From an uncultured Bacteroidales bacterium (lineage in GTDB: Bacteria > Bacteroidota > Bacteroidia > Bacteroidales > JAGODS01): a stretch of DNA of 27,715 nucleotides. The stretch covers positions 1 through 27,715 of the forward strand of contig CAZMDE010000004.1 in assembly GCA_964564355.1 (NCBI GenBank), written 5' to 3'. This document shows positions 16,226-24,572 of the stretch, piece by piece. The notes beneath the pieces are model-generated. The model was not told the origin of the DNA. It did not search any database and saw nothing but the letters and a program-made list of their open reading frames with translations. Positions within the stretch are counted from its first letter, which is position 1. Every line of letters begins with the position of its first letter. The translations under genes and the position numbers were made by a program.

Positions 16226-16369
16226 ATGTTTAAGAAGTCAATAAAGATTCTAACCTATTTGTTATTATTTAGTTTTATAATTAGCATCACATCATGCGCA
16301 ATCACCAAACGTAAGTATGAAAAATGTGATGCATACAGTTATAAGAATAACATAAGAACAGATATTTAA
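16226..16369 (+). CDS. Small (47 aa) putative lipoprotein, not in the ORF track
   Basis: MFKKSIKILTYLLLFSFIISITSCAITKRKYEKCDAYSYKNNIRTDI*: basic N-region, hydrophobic H-region, lipobox ITS-C24; A-rich start context (aaacaaaactaaaATG) and upstream -7 motif. Confidence 0.75.
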   Translation: MFKKSIKILTYLLLFSFIISITSCAITKRKYEKCDAYSYKNNIRTDI

Positions 16370-16395
16370 CAAATAACAAATCTAAATTAATATTT

Positions 16396-17712
16396 ATGAA
16401 AAGACTTTATGTTATAATTTCCATAATGTGTATGATAGTATTATTATCAACTTGTAAAAAGGAAACAGATAATACCATTATTAACAAAAATCCTTCATCA
16501 ACTATACCAGTTTTAACCACTTTAGATTTAGTATCCGTTACTCTAAATTCAGCAAAGGGGGGAGGCCAAATTACTTCAGATGGCGGATTAAAAATTACAG
16601 CTCGCGGTGTTTTTTACAGCATGAATACAGATCCTACCATTGATGGAAATAAAACCATAAATGGCATTGGTACAGGCAATTTTACAAGTGAAATTACCGG
16701 TTTGTTACCGCATACTCTTTATTACATTAGGGCTTATGCAACAAATAGCTCCGGAACCGGTTATGGCGATATTAAATCATTTACAACTGATGTAATAAAT
16801 ACTTCGAGCTCAACTTCAGTTACTATCACAACAGCTAAGAGCGGAGGGACAATTTCATCTTCAATTGGTTTCAAACCAACATCCCGTGGAGTATGCTGGA
16901 GTATAACAGATAATCCTACTATTAATAATGACAGTAAAACTACAAATGGTTCCGGCACAGGGAGTTTTACAAGTATAATTACGAAATTAGCAGCAAACAC
17001 TGAATATCACGTAAGAGCATATGCAACTAACGGCACTTCTACTGAATATGGAAATCAAATGACGTTTAAAACAAAGCAATATGGTCCAGCGGTTAATGAC
17101 GTAGATGGTAATACATATCTTACAGACACTATTGGCAAGCAGATATGGATGGTAGAAAACCTGAGAGTTACCCGATTTAATAATGGTGATGCCATATCTA
17201 AGGTTACTGACAATTCAGAGTGGCGTAATATTACAACAGCTGCTTACTGTAGCTATAATAACGATGCAAATAACGCCATTATTTATGGTAATCTATATAA
17301 TTTGTATTCTGCAAATGATAGCCGGGGGATTTGTCCTACAAACTGGCATGTGCCACATGATGCAGATTGGAATGCACTTAAAACGTATCTTGGCGGTAAG
17401 GATATTGCAGGAGGTAAATTAAAAGAAGCTGGCACAACCCATTGGAATGACCCTAATACAGGAGCAACCAATGAAAGTGACTTTACAGCACTTCCAGGAG
17501 GTTATCGTCTTGACATTGACGGTACATTTAACTATGTTGGTGCTAAAAGTTTTTGGTGGTCTGCTACACCTATTAAAACTATTTCAAAAGCCGGAGGATT
17601 TTCCCTAGATTATAGCATCGCTGGAGACAATGGTATAAAGTATTATGAACCAGGAATTGGTTTTTCAATTCGTTGTATCAAAGATATAAAGCGTTATATA
17701 TCCACAAAATAG
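16396..17712 (+). CDS. Lipoprotein with two FN3-like repeats and a FISUMP (Fib_succ_major) domain
   Basis: LLST-C lipobox; two ARGV..PT..G.G.FTS.I..L...Y.RAYATN repeats; D.DGN.Y, QIWMVENL, CPTNWHVP, FTALPGGYR, WWS, GFSIRCIKD. Confidence 0.9.
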   Translation: MKRLYVIISIMCMIVLLSTCKKETDNTIINKNPSSTIPVLTTLDLVSVTLNSAKGGGQITSDGGLKITARGVFYSMNTDPTIDGNKTINGIGTGNFTSEITGLLPHTLYYIRAYATNSSGTGYGDIKSFTTDVINTSSSTSVTITTAKSGGTISSSIGFKPTSRGVCWSITDNPTINNDSKTTNGSGTGSFTSIITKLAANTEYHVRAYATNGTSTEYGNQMTFKTKQYGPAVNDVDGNTYLTDTIGKQIWMVENLRVTRFNNGDAISKVTDNSEWRNITTAAYCSYNNDANNAIIYGNLYNLYSANDSRGICPTNWHVPHDADWNALKTYLGGKDIAGGKLKEAGTTHWNDPNTGATNESDFTALPGGYRLDIDGTFNYVGAKSFWWSATPIKTISKAGGFSLDYSIAGDNGIKYYEPGIGFSIRCIKDIKRYISTK

Positions 17713-18088
17713 TCTGATTGATTCTGAAAAGGGAATCATCAACATGTGTAAAGAAATAGTTTAACCCCTAGAACTTACTTTACATAAACATTGCATTTAT
17801 CTAATATTCCGAAAAGGGTTTCTTTCAAACGTTATTTATAACGTAAATAAAATTGTTCCACGATGTTTTTATTTAAGCAGAAATGAATGTAATATCGATA
17901 TAGTATTTGTAATAGTCCAATTCTGATAAATCGGAATAAGTGCCTTGTACAATATCATTTACTCTATCGGTATTTCGCCATTCCGATAAATCGTGAGAAC
18001 TATTTTGTTAAAAGTAATGTTATTATATAAGAGTAGGAATCGCTTAACATAAAAGAAGAGTCAAAAATTTAATAGATATTGTTTCCCT

Positions 18089-18128
18089 AAGAAAAAAGGC
18101 TGCTAATTAATTAGCAGCCTTTTTTCTT
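18089..18128. terminator. Bidirectional intrinsic terminator
   Basis: Perfect 40-bp palindrome aagaaaaaaggctgctaatt|aattagcagccttttttctt with T-tracts on both strands, between convergent genes. Confidence 0.9.
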
Positions 18129-18149
18129 TAATAAAATTAGCCTTACTAT

Positions 18150-21100
18150 TTATTTTCCAATAATTATTTTTCGAATAGATTGATTCTTACCGTTTTCAAC
18201 TTTTAGGTAATAAATTCCATTCTGAAGTTTATTTACAATTATTTCTTTAGTAATCAATTTGTTATTGGTGTAAACTCTTTCTGAATACAAATTTTGTCCC
18301 AGTAAATTTGTAAGAGTTAAGTTAATATAATCCAAATGTTCAGTTTTATCGGGGTTATATTTTACAAAAAAGCTATTTTTACATGGTATAGGAAATACAT
18401 CAAGGATAGAATTATCTGATAAATGATTATTAATTCCAGAAATAATACGAAATGTATTCCATTGAGTAGTGTCTACAGCAGATATTGCCCTAATTCTCCA
18501 ATAATAGTTAACCTGGGGCTTTAATCCTGATATTGTAGTACCCGTAGCTGTTGCTATTGGTTTGCTTATAACAGGTGAAGGAAATGCTGTATCAATATCA
18601 TATTGAAATTCATAATTTTTTATTCCTGTAATAAGTTGCCAATAGAAAGACACGCTTGGAAATTTATATAAAGGTGATTTGGACGGGGTAACTTCATCAA
18701 TTGTAGAAAAGGTTCTTATATCGCTCCACTCAGATTTATCACCAGTACCTCCTTGTGACTGCACCCTCCAGTAATACTTAGTGCCGAATTTTAACGTATC
18801 GGATTTAACTAAGTTATATGTAGAACTTCTACTGATTTTATTTCTGGAATTAAACAATTTGCTATTATCAATTTCATAATTATATACATCATTTCCAATA
18901 ATATTATCCCATTGTAGTTCAACGATCGGCATTTGATTTATAGCACCATCCAGAGGTAAAACCGCATTAAATTTATTTATTGTAGTGAATTTAACAGGTT
19001 GAGACCAATCTGAAGTATCAATACTATTTCTTCCTCTTACTTCAATAAAGTATATTTTTCCGAACAATAAATTATTAATAATAAAATTAGTTAATCCATA
19101 AGTTGAACCTTTTATAGTGTCTTTAGTCTTAAATGATAAATCACTATCAATCCTGTAATCATAATCAGTAGCTCCAGAAAGTGATGTAAACTGGAGTGTC
19201 AGTCTTGGCATTTGATCAATTGAGTTATTTACAGGTGATATTATCCTGACTGTCTTTATTGTTGTAAAATTTCTCACAGGAGACCATTCAGAAGTATTTA
19301 ATGTACCCAGTGCTCTTACTCTCCAATAATACTTTGTATCATATTTTAATGAATTACAAATATTAAAGCTGTCTGTTACTATAACATCAATTAATGAAGG
19401 ATTAAATGTATCTGTTTTAGCAAGCTGGATTTGATAACCTGTTATACCTGTTATTTTGTTCCAGTTCACTTTCATATCAATTATTGGTTGGCTTACAGCA
19501 TTATCAGCAGGACTTATTTGGTTAGGATTGTTTAAAACAATAAAGGAAAATACTTCAGACCAATCAGAAGATAAAGTTGCATTCTTTGCTTTTACCCTCC
19601 AAAAATACTTTACGCCAAATTTAAGATTTGATGCATTTTTTTGGTTAACAGTTATAGATGAGTCAATATCAGGATTTGGGAATAAGCTGTCAGTATCAAT
19701 TTGTACTATATATTTTGCAGAACCTGAAATCTGCTCCCATAATAATAAAGAATTAGGCATTTGATTTATAGCACCATAAACAGGATAATATAATTCAGGA
19801 GTATCCGGCATATTGCCGATAGTAGAAAAAGAAAATGTATCTGACCAGGCAGAAGAATCTTTTGTTGTTTTTGACTTAACTCTCCAATAATATAATTTTT
19901 TATATAATAAGGTAGAAGCAGAAATTTTATAATTACCTCTGTTAGCGGTTGTATTAATTAATGGTTTTGCCGGAAAATCTGAATTTTCATCCACCTGAAT
20001 TCTATAAGAAGTTGCTCCGGTTATTTCTTTCCATGACAAAGTGGGAGTAAGTGGCTGATTAAAAGCATTATCAGAAGGTTTCAATAAAACTGGTGATGCA
20101 ATATGTCCGTCATTTGTTGAAAAGGAGAAAACAGACCATTTGGAAGTATCCGCATAAATTGCTCTTACCCGCCAATAATAGGTTGTTGATTTTAGTAAAT
20201 TTGTAAATGTTGCATTAATTGTTGTTCCTTTAAAAGATTTAAAAGTAGTGTGATTAGGATTAAATGTAATTGAAGTGTCTAGTTCACATTCATACTTACC
20301 GGCTAAAGCTGCCCACTTTAACACTAAATTAGTTGTAGTTTGATTTTTGGCTCCGTCTATAGGTTCAAGTAGAGTTGGATATTCAGTTACAGTAAAAGAC
20401 CTTGTTACAGACCATGAAGAAATATTATTTGCTCCCAGTCCTTTTACCCTCCAATAATAGGTTTTCCCAAATTTTAAACTGCCAAACAGGTATTTAGTTG
20501 AAGTGATGTCTTTTTTAATTATTGCCTTATTAAATGAAGGAGAACTGTCAACCTGAATCATATATGTATAGGCATCCTGAAGTGGATTCCAGGATAAATA
20601 TGGGCTGGGAGATTGATTAATAGCTGAATCTAATGGGCTTATTAATTGAGGTGCATCTGTTAAATTAAAAATGGTAGAGAATTTCCAAATATTAGACCAG
20701 GCTGATTTAGAAACTAAATTTCCTGCTTTTACTCTCCAGTAATATATAGTACCAACTGACAGGTTATTTAAATTAACAAATACAGCAGGAGGAACATCTG
20801 GCTTGGGCGGTTTATGGGTTATTGAATTTGAATCCTGAATCAAAAGAGGTGTGTTAAAATAAGGTGTAACATCAACTTCATAATAATAATTATAAGCTCC
20901 GTTGATTTTTGTCCATCTTATAGTAACAGGTATTTTTTGTTGTGGGGTTAATGTATCAGCAGGTAAGGTTTGAAAAACAGTATTTATTACTGTGAATTTA
21001 GAATATTTTGACCAAGCAGAAGTATCCTTTGGTAGTTGTGTATTTATATTAACTCCTATAGATCTAACTCTCCAGAAATATGTTTTGCCAAAAATAAGGT

Positions 21101-21347
21101 TTTTTGCAGTATAAATTATCTCTCCTTTTATTTCATGGTAACTATTATTACTATTAAGTGTATCAATAACAAGCTGAACATTGTAAAAATAGGCACCTGC
21201 AACAGGTCTCCATTTTAAAGGAAATTCCGGAGGGACATTTGTTGAGTCATTTGAAGGATTTATCAATGTTGGCGCATATACACCTTTCTGTGCTGAAATT
21301 GTTATAGTTAGCAAAACAAATACTATTGTGATAAAAATATTTCTCAT
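18150..21347 (-). CDS. T9SS-secreted protein of about ten tandem FN3/Ig-like repeats
   Basis: Signal peptide; ten roughly 95-aa units with P.L..P, W....GA..Y..Q.D....F, Y[YF]WRV and S.WS..F.T; C-terminal VFPIP..NLLGQ..NGIYYL T9SS tail. Confidence 0.9.
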   Translation of the reverse strand: MRNIFITIVFVLLTITISAQKGVYAPTLINPSNDSTNVPPEFPLKWRPVAGAYFYNVQLVIDTLNSNNSYHEIKGEIIYTAKNLIFGKTYFWRVRSIGVNINTQLPKDTSAWSKYSKFTVINTVFQTLPADTLTPQQKIPVTIRWTKINGAYNYYYEVDVTPYFNTPLLIQDSNSITHKPPKPDVPPAVFVNLNNLSVGTIYYWRVKAGNLVSKSAWSNIWKFSTIFNLTDAPQLISPLDSAINQSPSPYLSWNPLQDAYTYMIQVDSSPSFNKAIIKKDITSTKYLFGSLKFGKTYYWRVKGLGANNISSWSVTRSFTVTEYPTLLEPIDGAKNQTTTNLVLKWAALAGKYECELDTSITFNPNHTTFKSFKGTTINATFTNLLKSTTYYWRVRAIYADTSKWSVFSFSTNDGHIASPVLLKPSDNAFNQPLTPTLSWKEITGATSYRIQVDENSDFPAKPLINTTANRGNYKISASTLLYKKLYYWRVKSKTTKDSSAWSDTFSFSTIGNMPDTPELYYPVYGAINQMPNSLLLWEQISGSAKYIVQIDTDSLFPNPDIDSSITVNQKNASNLKFGVKYFWRVKAKNATLSSDWSEVFSFIVLNNPNQISPADNAVSQPIIDMKVNWNKITGITGYQIQLAKTDTFNPSLIDVIVTDSFNICNSLKYDTKYYWRVRALGTLNTSEWSPVRNFTTIKTVRIISPVNNSIDQMPRLTLQFTSLSGATDYDYRIDSDLSFKTKDTIKGSTYGLTNFIINNLLFGKIYFIEVRGRNSIDTSDWSQPVKFTTINKFNAVLPLDGAINQMPIVELQWDNIIGNDVYNYEIDNSKLFNSRNKISRSSTYNLVKSDTLKFGTKYYWRVQSQGGTGDKSEWSDIRTFSTIDEVTPSKSPLYKFPSVSFYWQLITGIKNYEFQYDIDTAFPSPVISKPIATATGTTISGLKPQVNYYWRIRAISAVDTTQWNTFRIISGINNHLSDNSILDVFPIPCKNSFFVKYNPDKTEHLDYINLTLTNLLGQNLYSERVYTNNKLITKEIIVNKLQNGIYYLKVENGKNQSIRKIIIGK

Positions 21348-21349
21348 AT

Positions 21350-21373
21350 TTTAGTGATTTAGTAATTTAGTAA
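21350..21373 (+). repeat. Octamer tract between the two T9SS genes
   Basis: tttagtga-tttagtaa-tttagtaa; a rotation of the taatttag unit at 237-244. Confidence 0.7.
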
Positions 21374-21393
21374 ATAAGACTTATGTTGTTTAA

Positions 21394-24381
21394 TTATTTT
21401 GTAACAATGATTTTTCCTGAAGATGACTGTTCACCTGCTTTCAGATTGATTATATAAGTACCGACAGGTAAATCTCCAATATTTAAAGACAATTTGTTAT
21501 AACCAGCAGCTTGCGATGGTTGCTCAATATATCTGACTAATATTCCTGAAAGGTTATAAATTCTAATTGTTACTTCTGAACGGTTCGTCAGACTATATGA
21601 AATATTTACAATATCTTTTACAGGATTTGGATAAACATTTAAAATTGTTTTTAATGAAATAGCTTTAGGTAATTCACTAATTCCTACATTAACTTTATAT
21701 TTATCAGTTGAAAAGAAACCTCTTCCATGAGTAGCTGCATAAATAATCCCGTAATTAGTTACATTTTTGTTAACTAAATTATTGGCGATGTAAGTATATG
21801 GTTTAAGAGGATTTCCTGAAGGTGCATAATCTCCGTCATATTTAAATAGATGCTGTCTTAACATAGTTACCGGAACATTTTCACCCATATTATCCTGCAT
21901 CCAAACAGGGTTTTCTGCGCTAATATTATCTGTTCTGTAAATGCCATACTCAGTTCCTATATATACTAAATTAGCATCATTCATTTCTATTAATGATGAA
22001 TAAACAGGGATAAGCGGGAAATTACCCTGCTTTGGCTGAAAAGATGGAGAATCATTTAATGCATCTTTAGATTCATAAATATATACTTGATTTCCGTAAT
22101 TTCCTAAAGTGACAATAATATGTGCCGAATTTTGAGGGTCAACAGCTATGGAAGTAATTATCCTGCCGTCAAAGGTATGTATCAGATCTGTAACAATTAC
22201 ACATGATTTACTTCTTACATCTGCCCTTAATGAATCATATCCAAATCTAATATTAGAAATCCTGTAGATATTCCCTGATGTAGTTCCTACATAAAGACAA
22301 TTACCATCCTTTGATAATGCAATTGTTCTAGTTGACCCATTAATAATTTTGGCTATTTTAAACCATTTAGGAGGACCTGAAAAGTCTAGAGCTCCTTTTG
22401 TCATCCATATCATTTTATTAAAACCTACAAAATATCTTGTTTGAATTTTGTCTTTTATTTGAACTGTATCCGTTTTCTTTAAATTTCTTTTTAGCTTATA
22501 ATCAAAAGGAAATGAATTATTCTTACTAGGAACAGTTATTATCTGGTCTTTTACATAGGATTGAGTTGAATCTGTTTTAAAAGTTATATAATCTTGTGAA
22601 TATATATCATTAAAAGTTTCCCACAATATTAACGGAGTTATAAAAGGAGCAGGGAAATTAGTTCCTAAAGGTCCCTCGCCAAGCATTCCCCAAGCTTTAC
22701 AATCTTTTGCTCCTTCAGCACAATACCGCCCGCTAAACCAGTCTCCAGGTCCCTGCCATGAAAATTCAGAGGTTTTTTTTGGATTACGTGCGTTTGAACC
22801 ACTTTGTGATGTTACAAAAACTGCATCAGGATTAATTAAAGAAAATGCTGACCATCCTCCGTCACCTCCCCATAATATTTGTGCAGCTTCTTTTGTATTA
22901 CCTTTTCCGTTAATATAAGGAGTGCTGTTGTCCTGTGTACCTCCCATTAACTCTCCTGTTCCTGAGCTTGCAACTGCATAAAACTGTGTAACATTATAAT
23001 TTTTATTTATCATCTGGTAGGTTTCACCTTTATCCATAGTTCTGTACATTCCTCCATCTGTTCCTATATAATATATTTTCGGATTTGCAGGATGAAAAAC
23101 TATTCTATGCATATCCACATGGATAGGATAACCACGCATGTCGCTTTTCATAATCCATGTTTTACCAAGTTTCCACTCCCATAAAGTTACTCCTGCTACT
23201 AATATTCTGTCAGGGTCATCAGGAAAAACAGCTATCTCATTATTATACCTTCCTTGACCGTAAGCTGATACAAAAATCTCAAAATTAGATGACCCACCCG
23301 GACCTATAACACTCCATGTTTTTCCTTTATCTGTAGACCGATAAACCCCTAATAATTCCTGGCTTGCATTTGCCACTAATGCATAAATATAATTTGAGTT
23401 AGAAGGAGCTACTGCTAATCTGATTCTTGATATGTATGTAATTTTACCATCTGAGCTAACAGGTACTGGCAAACCGGTTGTCCCTCCTGTTGTCATTATT
23501 TCAAATGTTCCTAAGTCACCAAATTGTTTTGATATATAACATTTGTTATCTATCACAGCTACTACAGTCCCATCTGTACCTATTTCAACATCTGTTGCGG
23601 TACCTGATTTTAAAGTAATCCAGCTTGACCCGTTATTTGTAGACATCTGCAAGCCTGTTTTATCCGCAGCCACAAAAACCCATCCATTAACAGGATTAAC
23701 AGCTATCCTGTCAATAAAAGCCCAATTTGCAGATTTTTGAGCAATTGTTCCCGGAATAGTGCTAGTTAATAATTCAAAATATTCTCCATCAGTACTTTTA
23801 TAAATTCCATTTCCTATAAATCCGGTATCTCCGGTACCATCTAAAATATTTACAAATACTTCACCAGTCCCGGCGTATATCGTTCCGTCAGGTCCCTGTG
23901 CTAAAGTGCTGATGTTTATATTAACAAATGATGATTCAGGAGTTGCTCCTTTTAATTGAATTTTTTTCCAGGATGTTCCGCCAGTCGTTGATTTCCATAA
24001 ACCTCCACTAACTCCACCTGCATAAATAATATTTGGATTTCTGTTGTCAATTACAATTGCCCGCGTTCTCCCGCCTACATTATCCGGTCCTTCAAATTTC
24101 CAGTAAGTGTTATCCTTGACTATTGGCAACTGTATAACTCCATCTATTCCTCTGTGTATATCCTGGATGTTTATAGTTCCGGTTAACTGGTTATTTCTCA
24201 TAGCTGCCCAATACCTCATTGCCCCTCCAATTCCTTTCTTTCCAGGCTCAGCGGAGGTTGTCCCTACGTCATTTTCGCTCTTTTTTAAATCGTACATTGA
24301 ATTTTGCAAACCGAAAATACAAGCACTTATTACAATTAATAAACAAACCAGACTTGTTAAAATTATTTTAATATTTTTCAT
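21394..24381 (-). CDS. T9SS-secreted BNR/Asp-box beta-propeller protein (VPS10/GH74-like fold)
   Basis: GPDNVGGRTRAI, Asp-boxes STTGGTSW, STDGEYF, STNNGSSW, STDKGKTW, TMDKGETY; GGTQDN, GGDGG, ATHGRG; YPNP T9SS tail. Confidence 0.9.
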   Translation of the reverse strand: MKNIKIILTSLVCLLIVISACIFGLQNSMYDLKKSENDVGTTSAEPGKKGIGGAMRYWAAMRNNQLTGTINIQDIHRGIDGVIQLPIVKDNTYWKFEGPDNVGGRTRAIVIDNRNPNIIYAGGVSGGLWKSTTGGTSWKKIQLKGATPESSFVNINISTLAQGPDGTIYAGTGEVFVNILDGTGDTGFIGNGIYKSTDGEYFELLTSTIPGTIAQKSANWAFIDRIAVNPVNGWVFVAADKTGLQMSTNNGSSWITLKSGTATDVEIGTDGTVVAVIDNKCYISKQFGDLGTFEIMTTGGTTGLPVPVSSDGKITYISRIRLAVAPSNSNYIYALVANASQELLGVYRSTDKGKTWSVIGPGGSSNFEIFVSAYGQGRYNNEIAVFPDDPDRILVAGVTLWEWKLGKTWIMKSDMRGYPIHVDMHRIVFHPANPKIYYIGTDGGMYRTMDKGETYQMINKNYNVTQFYAVASSGTGELMGGTQDNSTPYINGKGNTKEAAQILWGGDGGWSAFSLINPDAVFVTSQSGSNARNPKKTSEFSWQGPGDWFSGRYCAEGAKDCKAWGMLGEGPLGTNFPAPFITPLILWETFNDIYSQDYITFKTDSTQSYVKDQIITVPSKNNSFPFDYKLKRNLKKTDTVQIKDKIQTRYFVGFNKMIWMTKGALDFSGPPKWFKIAKIINGSTRTIALSKDGNCLYVGTTSGNIYRISNIRFGYDSLRADVRSKSCVIVTDLIHTFDGRIITSIAVDPQNSAHIIVTLGNYGNQVYIYESKDALNDSPSFQPKQGNFPLIPVYSSLIEMNDANLVYIGTEYGIYRTDNISAENPVWMQDNMGENVPVTMLRQHLFKYDGDYAPSGNPLKPYTYIANNLVNKNVTNYGIIYAATHGRGFFSTDKYKVNVGISELPKAISLKTILNVYPNPVKDIVNISYSLTNRSEVTIRIYNLSGILVRYIEQPSQAAGYNKLSLNIGDLPVGTYIINLKAGEQSSSGKIIVTK

Positions 24382-24434
24382 AACTAATTAAAAATAAATA
24401 CTCTAAATTGAATTTAATTAAATTTATCTGACTA

Positions 24435-24442
24435 CAAATTTA
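24435..24442 (-). promoter_or_regulatory. -7 promoter motif TAAATTTG for the T9SS pair
   Basis: TAnnTTTG 53 nt upstream of the ATG at 24381. Confidence 0.5.
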
Positions 24443-24517
24443 ATAACATTTTGATTGCAAACCTAAATTATTTTTTAATCAGATAATCTTAAAATCATGG
24501 AATCTTTGAATTTTTTG

Positions 24518-24525
24518 TAGTTTTG
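24518..24525 (+). promoter_or_regulatory. -7 promoter motif TAGTTTTG for parC
   Basis: TAnnTTTG 47 nt upstream of the ATG. Confidence 0.5.
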
Positions 24526-24572
24526 TCCTTTGATTTTAATCTAAAATTGTAAACCGTACGTCGTAATTAATA

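Noticed and set aside
16396-18088. Complete diversity-generating retroelement
   Set aside because: A FISUMP target-type gene is present, but I found no template repeat, RT or avd in the window.
18150-21347. Recent DNA-level tandem duplication in the FN3-repeat gene
   Set aside because: The repeats are evident only at the protein-motif level.
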